The notes below the pieces were generated by a model. The model was not told the origin of the DNA and made no database searches. It saw nothing but the letters and a program-made list of their open reading frames with translations. Position numbers and translations under genes: made by a program. 11,211 bases of DNA. Origin: Archangium sp. Lineage in GTDB: Bacteria > Myxococcota > Myxococcia > Myxococcales > Myxococcaceae. Shown here piece by piece: positions 6,424 through 11,211 of the stretch (positions are counted from its first letter, which is position 1; each line of letters opens with the position of its first letter). Location: positions 1-11,211 of the forward strand of contig JANLPS010000437.1 of assembly GCA_031367385.1 (NCBI GenBank), given 5' to 3'.

Positions 6424-7336
6424 GCCTGTTCGCCGTGTCACCGTGCCAGACGATGCGCCCCCGAAGATCGACCGGTACCTCGCCAACGCGATACCCAACC
6501 TGAGCATCGAGCGTGCGCGCGCCCTGCTCAGCCAGGGGCTGGTGAAGGTCAACGGCAAGGTCGCGAAGCCCAACCGCAAGCTCTGGGGCGGAGAGGCCGT
6601 CGAGGTGTCTTTGCCCGACCCGCCCGCGCTCCAAAGAGTCGAAGGCGTGGCGATCGAGGTGCTGCGTGACACGCCGCACTGGCTCGCGGTCAACAAACCG
6701 CCTGGGCTGGTCGTCGAGCCCGAGCCGCACCAGATCTCGGTGCTCGAGTTGGTGGCCACGCAGCGTGGGCCCTTTCACGTGGGGGGCCAGGCGGCGCCAG
6801 GGGTGGTGCACCGCCTCGACAAAGAGACCAGCGGGTGCCTGCTCTTCGCGAAGACCGACGACGGGCAGCGCGAGCTCGAGCTGGGCTTCGAGCACAAGAC
6901 CATCGAGAAGACCTACTGGGCCCTGGTGCTCGGAGCCCCTCCGGCCGAGGGTGCCTGCGATACGCCCTATGCTCGAGACCCCACCAACCCGCGCAAATAC
7001 ACGACGACCGTCGCCTCACCCCGCCGAGCGCGGTTGACCTTTCGCACCCTCGAGACCTTCGCCGATGCGGCGCTGCTCGAGATCGCGCTCGACACCGGGC
7101 GCACCCACCAGATTCGCGTGCAGCTCTCAGAGCTCGGCTACCCCGTGCTGATGGACCCGATCTACGGCCCCAAGGAGGCCCGCGTGCACCCCGCGGCGAT
7201 GCAGCTGGGGCGGCTGGCCCTGCATGCACGACAACTTCGAGTCGGCACGGCCTCCGTCATCGAGGCCCCCACCCCGGCAGACTTCGCGTCAGCGCTCCTT
7301 TCACTGCGAAACGGTGCTACACCGCGCACCTCATGA
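6422..7336 (+). CDS. RluA-family pseudouridine synthase with N-terminal S4 domain (RluD-like), 304 aa
   Basis: S4-like IDRYLA...S...ARALLSQGLVKVNGK; motif I VNKPPGLVV; catalytic motif II VHRLDKETSG; KTYWALV; motif III LDTGRTHQIRVQLSELGYPV; LALHARQL. Confidence 0.93.
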   Translation: MPVRRVTVPDDAPPKIDRYLANAIPNLSIERARALLSQGLVKVNGKVAKPNRKLWGGEAVEVSLPDPPALQRVEGVAIEVLRDTPHWLAVNKPPGLVVEPEPHQISVLELVATQRGPFHVGGQAAPGVVHRLDKETSGCLLFAKTDDGQRELELGFEHKTIEKTYWALVLGAPPAEGACDTPYARDPTNPRKYTTTVASPRRARLTFRTLETFADAALLEIALDTGRTHQIRVQLSELGYPVLMDPIYGPKEARVHPAAMQLGRLALHARQLRVGTASVIEAPTPADFASALLSLRNGATPRTS

Positions 7337-8226
7337 CGACTGGTTTGCTCGACGCCTTCGACTCCATTTCGTGGTCAGAAACCCTGCTCGCCCGTCTGCA
7401 CACAGCCTCGGCTGAGCTCTCGCGAAAGCAGGGGCTCGCAGCCGAGAAAGAGTGGCTCGGGCAGGCGGTCGACCGTGTCACGGCGGCCCGTGACGGCATC
7501 GGCGACGTGCTCACGCGCGCGATGCGGCTGCCTGAGCTCGAAGGGTTGCGCGAAGACCATGCACGGGCCCTCCAACAAGCCGCGGTTGATTCGATCGAGC
7601 GCTTGCAGGCCGGCATCACCTTTCACGTGGGCGCCCGGGCTCCGATTCTCGAAGCCTTGTTCGGCAAGCTCAAGTACCCGGTGATTCGCCGCGCCGACAA
7701 AGAAGACTTCGAGCGCTTCGCGAGCGACTTCGAGAAGCGGCTCAGCTCGTCGTACTGCAAGCGCATGTTCGCCGACCAACCGTTTCAGTTCGCGGGGCCG
7801 GTGCTCGACGAGGTGCGCGCAGCGTTTGCCGCCTGGCGCGCGGTGTTCTCGGCCGAACGGTTGCCAGTCACTGAAGAGACCGCCATTCGCGACGAGCTCG
7901 AGGGGCTCTCGCGGCGTTTGGAGCTGCCGATGCGCCAGGCTCGTTCGCTGGCCGAAGCAGCCCTGGCGCCCCTGCGAAACGCCTTCGACGAATCAGGGCT
8001 GGCGAACCGGCCCAAGCGACGCCTGGCCAAGCCCTCGGTGACCGAGAGTGCAGACCGCGAGCTCACCGAAGAGTCGATGGGCGATCTCGCCGAAGCCGAG
8101 TCACTGAGCGCCGAGCTGAGCCCGCCTGCGCCGCCCGAGCCCGAGGCCGCCGCCGCAGTCGCCGCCCCCAAAAAGCCTCGCAAGTCGAAGAAGGCAGTCG
8201 ACGTCGAAGCGACCAACGAGCAGTGA
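7333..8226 (+). CDS. Hypothetical alpha-helical protein with a disordered acidic/Pro-Ala and basic C-terminal tail, 297 aa
   Basis: The likely start is ATG 7333, overlapping the upstream stop (ATGA). Its own stop overlaps the hrpB GTG (GTGA). The sequence is amphipathic-helical from MTTGLLDAFDSISW onward. The ORF-track portion from 6835 is an off-frame read of the pseudouridine synthase. Confidence 0.85.
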   Translation: MTTGLLDAFDSISWSETLLARLHTASAELSRKQGLAAEKEWLGQAVDRVTAARDGIGDVLTRAMRLPELEGLREDHARALQQAAVDSIERLQAGITFHVGARAPILEALFGKLKYPVIRRADKEDFERFASDFEKRLSSSYCKRMFADQPFQFAGPVLDEVRAAFAAWRAVFSAERLPVTEETAIRDELEGLSRRLELPMRQARSLAEAALAPLRNAFDESGLANRPKRRLAKPSVTESADRELTEESMGDLAEAESLSAELSPPAPPEPEAAAAVAAPKKPRKSKKAVDVEATNEQ

Positions 8227-10760
8227 CCGTTTCGCTGCCCATCGACGCGCTGTTGGGTGAGATCGTCGCGACGTTGCGCACGCAGCCTGCGCTGGTGCTC
8301 GAGGCGCCTCCGGGGGCGGGCAAGACCACCCGGGTGCCCCCTGCCCTGCTCGAGGCGGGGCTCGCGGGCAGCAAAGAGATCGTCGTGCTCCAGCCGCGGC
8401 GCCTGGCGACCCGACTGGCCGCCACCCGTGTCGCCGAAGAGCGTGGAGAGGCCCCCGGCCAGACCATCGGCTACCAGGTGCGCTTCGACGACGTCACGTC
8501 GGCCAAGACCCGCATTCGGTTCGTGACCGAAGGCATTCTCACCCGGAGGCTGGTCGGAGACCCGCTGCTCCGCGACGTCGGGGTGGTCGTGCTCGACGAG
8601 TTTCACGAGCGTCACCTGGCCTCAGACCTCGCGCTCGCCATGCTTCGGCAGCTTCAGCTGACCAAGCGGCCAGATCTCAAACTGGTGGTGATGTCAGCCA
8701 CGCTCGACGCCGCGCCGATTGCCGCCTGGTTGGGCAACGCGCCATCACTGCGCTCTGAAGGCCGGCGCTTCGACGTCGCCATCGAGAACATCGAACGCGA
8801 CGATGATCGCCACCTCGATCAACAGGTGCTGGCGGCCCTGAAGCGCCTGGTGCAAAGCAACCTCGACGGGCACGTGTTGGTCTTCTTGCCGGGCGCTTCA
8901 GAGATTCGGCGGGCACAAGACACCTGCGGCGACTTCGCCCAGCGGCAAGGGCTCGAGCTGCACGTGCTGCACGGCGACTTACCGCCCGCCGAGCAAGACC
9001 GCGCCCTGCGCCCATCGGCGAAGCGAAAGGTGATTCTCGCTACGAATGTGGCCGAGACCTCGGTGACGATCGACGGCATCGCAGCGGTGATTGACTCGGG
9101 CCTTGCACGTGTTGCCTCGCATTCACCGTGGAGTGGCCTGCCCACGTTGAAAGTCGCGAAGATCTCGAAAGCGTCTGCGATTCAGCGTGCGGGCCGCGCT
9201 GGCCGCACTCGCGCCGGTGTGTGTGTACGGCTGTATACCCGCGGCGATTACGAGGGCCGGCCGGCCGCCGATGCACCTGAGATTCGCCGCCTCGACTTCA
9301 CCGAGTCAGCCCTCGCCTTGCGCTCGATGGGAGCGACTGACCTGACCACCTTTCCCTTCTTCGAGGCCCCGGCCGCGTCGAGCCTGGTCGCGGCCGATGA
9401 CCTCCTCCGGCGCCTGGGCGCTATTTCGAAGGCCGGAGCCTTGACGTCATTGGGCGAGCGGCTGCTCAAATTTCCGCTCCACCCCCGGCAAGCGCGGGTG
9501 CTGGTCGAAGCCGAGCGCCGCGGGGTCGCCGACGATGGAGCGACCATCGCCGCGTTGATCGGCGAACGCGAGATTCGCCTCGAGGCCCGGTCTCGCTTCG
9601 GGCCCCATGACGCAGCGAAAAACGTCTGGTCGGGCCCCTCTGACCTGCTCGAGCTCTTGGAGCGCTTTCGAGAAGGCCAAGCCACCGGCGCACGAGCAGC
9701 GGGCCTCGAATCAGGCGCGATGAGCGCGGTCGACCGGGTGCGAAAGCAGCTGCTGCGCATCGCCGACACCCGGCAGCCGAAGCCCTCGTCAGACCAGGCC
9801 CGTGAAGACGCGGTGCTGATTTCGATTTTGGCGGGGTCACCAGATCGCGTCGCCCGCAGGCGCAGACCGAAGTCGCCCGAGCTGGTCTTGAGCGGCGGTG
9901 GCTCGGCGACGCTCGACCCGTCATCGGTGGTTCACGAGGCCGAGCTGATGGTCGCCGTCGACGCCGAAGAGCGCAGAGGCGGCGTCTTCGTGCGCCTCGC
10001 CAGCAAGGTCGAGCCGGAGTGGCTGCTCGACCTGTTCCCCGACGACCTGGGCGAGCTCGATGCCCACCAGTGGAACGCAGACTCGAACCGCGTCGAACGG
10101 GTGACCCGAATGACCTACGGCCAGGTGGTGCTCGAAGAGACCCGCCAACCGGCTCCCGCCTCGGAGCAGACCACCCAGGTGCTCGCCGACGCCGCCATCT
10201 CTGCGGGCCCCGCGACCTTCATCGAGCCAGCCACCCTGTCGATGTGGGTGTGCCGGGTCGAGGCACTCCGGTCGGCCTTTCCTGAAGCGCAGTTCCCAAC
10301 GCCAGACGACGGGTTCGTTCGCCAAACGCTCCGTGGTCTGTGCGACGGGCTGCGGTCATTCAACGAAGTGCGAGAGGCGGGCCTGTTGCACGCGCTGAAC
10401 GCGCGACTGAGCAGCGAGCAAGCCCGGCTGCTCCACACCCAAGCCCCCGAGCGAATCACCCTGCCCGGAGGCCGCGGCGTTCAGGTGCACTACGAGCCCG
10501 GGCGCCCCCCGTGGATCGAGTCTCGCCTGCAAGACTTCTTCGGGCTCACAGCGGGGCCGAAGATCGGCCGCACCCCGCTGGTGCTGCACCTGCTCGCGCC
10601 GAACCACAACGCCGTGCAAGTGACCACCGACCTCGCCGGCTTCTGGGACCGGCACTACCCCGCCGTTCGCAAAGAGCTGATGCGGCACTACCCCCGCCAC
10701 TCGTGGCCCGAAGACCCCCGCACGGCCGCTCCACCCGCGCCCAGGCCGCCACGTCGGTAA
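8223..10760 (+). CDS. hrpB: ATP-dependent RNA helicase HrpB (DEAH/RHA family), 845 aa
   Basis: Helicase motifs APPGAGKTT, QPRRLA, TEGIL, DEFHER, MSAT, FLPG, ATNVAETSVTI and QRAGRAGR; HA2-region HPRQARVL; HrpB C-terminal signature LQDFFG...LLAPN...VQVTTDLAGFW...YP.VRKEL...YPRHSWPEDP. Confidence 0.96.
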   Translation: MTVSLPIDALLGEIVATLRTQPALVLEAPPGAGKTTRVPPALLEAGLAGSKEIVVLQPRRLATRLAATRVAEERGEAPGQTIGYQVRFDDVTSAKTRIRFVTEGILTRRLVGDPLLRDVGVVVLDEFHERHLASDLALAMLRQLQLTKRPDLKLVVMSATLDAAPIAAWLGNAPSLRSEGRRFDVAIENIERDDDRHLDQQVLAALKRLVQSNLDGHVLVFLPGASEIRRAQDTCGDFAQRQGLELHVLHGDLPPAEQDRALRPSAKRKVILATNVAETSVTIDGIAAVIDSGLARVASHSPWSGLPTLKVAKISKASAIQRAGRAGRTRAGVCVRLYTRGDYEGRPAADAPEIRRLDFTESALALRSMGATDLTTFPFFEAPAASSLVAADDLLRRLGAISKAGALTSLGERLLKFPLHPRQARVLVEAERRGVADDGATIAALIGEREIRLEARSRFGPHDAAKNVWSGPSDLLELLERFREGQATGARAAGLESGAMSAVDRVRKQLLRIADTRQPKPSSDQAREDAVLISILAGSPDRVARRRRPKSPELVLSGGGSATLDPSSVVHEAELMVAVDAEERRGGVFVRLASKVEPEWLLDLFPDDLGELDAHQWNADSNRVERVTRMTYGQVVLEETRQPAPASEQTTQVLADAAISAGPATFIEPATLSMWVCRVEALRSAFPEAQFPTPDDGFVRQTLRGLCDGLRSFNEVREAGLLHALNARLSSEQARLLHTQAPERITLPGGRGVQVHYEPGRPPWIESRLQDFFGLTAGPKIGRTPLVLHLLAPNHNAVQVTTDLAGFWDRHYPAVRKELMRHYPRHSWPEDPRTAAPPAPRPPRR

Positions 10761-10810
10761 AGTTCGCTCTGATTTTCGCAACTCCTGAGAACGAGCACCG
10801 ACAATCGGTG

Positions 10811-11211
10811 ATGCGTTACGCCTTGTGGCTCACCGTCATCTCAATTTTCGGTGGCGGCTGCCGGTGTTCCGCGCCGGTTCGACAGCTCGCGCACGATGAG
10901 GTGATCGTCACGCCGGCGGCGCTGATCTTCGAGCCGACCTACGTTCACGGCGGCTCAAAGACCCTCGAGCTGTCTGTTCGAAATACCAACGGCACGAGCC
11001 TCACCGCCACGGTGACCACCCAGCCACCCTTCGAGTTGGCGCAGGGGCCTTCCTTCACCTTCGGTGCAGCCGAGACGGTCGTGCTGCGGGTTACCTTCGC
11101 ACCCCAGAGCCCCGCTGGAGTGACGGGCGCATTGCGTCTGGTCGATGATCAACAGCGGGTTCAGACGATGACACTCACGGGGCTTGGTCTCGCAATACCG
11201 CCCTGCCCCGG
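10811..11211 (+). CDS. Partial (runs off the right edge) lipoprotein with Ig-like choice-of-anchor-D/ASH-like domain
   Basis: Manual translation, absent from the ORF track: MRYALWLTVISIFGGGCRCSAPVRQLAHDEVIVTPAALIFEPTYVHGGSKTLELSVRNTNGTSLTATVTTQPPFELAQGPSFTFGAAETVVLRVTFAPQSPAGVTGALRLVDDQQRVQTMTLTGLGLAIPPCP. Signal peptide ending GGGC, then the V.P..L.F...V.N...PF...V.F.P...G.L.....L.G.G pattern of this domain type. Confidence 0.82.
   Translation, partial: MRYALWLTVISIFGGGCRCSAPVRQLAHDEVIVTPAALIFEPTYVHGGSKTLELSVRNTNGTSLTATVTTQPPFELAQGPSFTFGAAETVVLRVTFAPQSPAGVTGALRLVDDQQRVQTMTLTGLGLAIPPCP

Noticed and set aside
5916..6895. ORFs 5916..6503(+) and 6062..6895(-)
   Set aside because: Antisense shadows of the GNAT and the pseudouridine synthase, both of which have clear family motifs.
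6835..7332. N-terminal extension of ORF 6835..8226
   Set aside because: Arg/Ala/Pro-rich off-frame read of the pseudouridine synthase. The ATGA-coupled start at 7333 fits much better.
8223..10760. HrpB as part of an anti-phage defence or type III secretion (hrp) locus
   Set aside because: It is the canonical standalone HrpB helicase with no nuclease or effector neighbour. The name is unrelated to plant-pathogen hrp secretion genes.
7785..10781. Multiple minus-strand ORFs opposite the hypothetical gene and hrpB
   Set aside because: Low-complexity Ser/Arg/Ala shadow frames with no motifs.

Overview
GC-rich bacterial DNA, most likely Myxococcota. This is inferred from the Asp-Ala-Gly-repeat lipoprotein and the 'GCRC' lipoprotein with an Ig-like domain. 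Left to right: (1) a partial minus-strand lipoprotein with a DAG-repeat linker and a right-handed beta-helix domain, missing from the ORF track; (2) a ~550-bp non-coding gap holding a near-perfect 35-bp palindrome; (3) an orphan basic protein with a helix-turn-helix-like segment; (4) two divergent flavoproteins only 48 bp apart, one HpnE/CrtU/phytoene-desaturase-like and one of the geranylgeranyl-reductase family; (5) an acidic Dx[DN]xDG-loop protein; (6) a GNAT acetyltransferase; (7) three genes with 4-nt overlaps: RluD-like pseudouridine synthase, helical unknown protein, hrpB helicase; (8) the start of a second lipoprotein. The best leads are the palindrome with its neighbouring HTH-like protein, a CCGACA[A/C]T or TAnnnN box 5-9 nt before most start codons that suggests leaderless transcription, the symmetric spacers between the divergent gene pairs, and the unknown protein between two RNA enzymes. 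No rRNA, tRNA, CRISPR array or transposase was seen. All family assignments come from reading motifs by eye, not from database searches.
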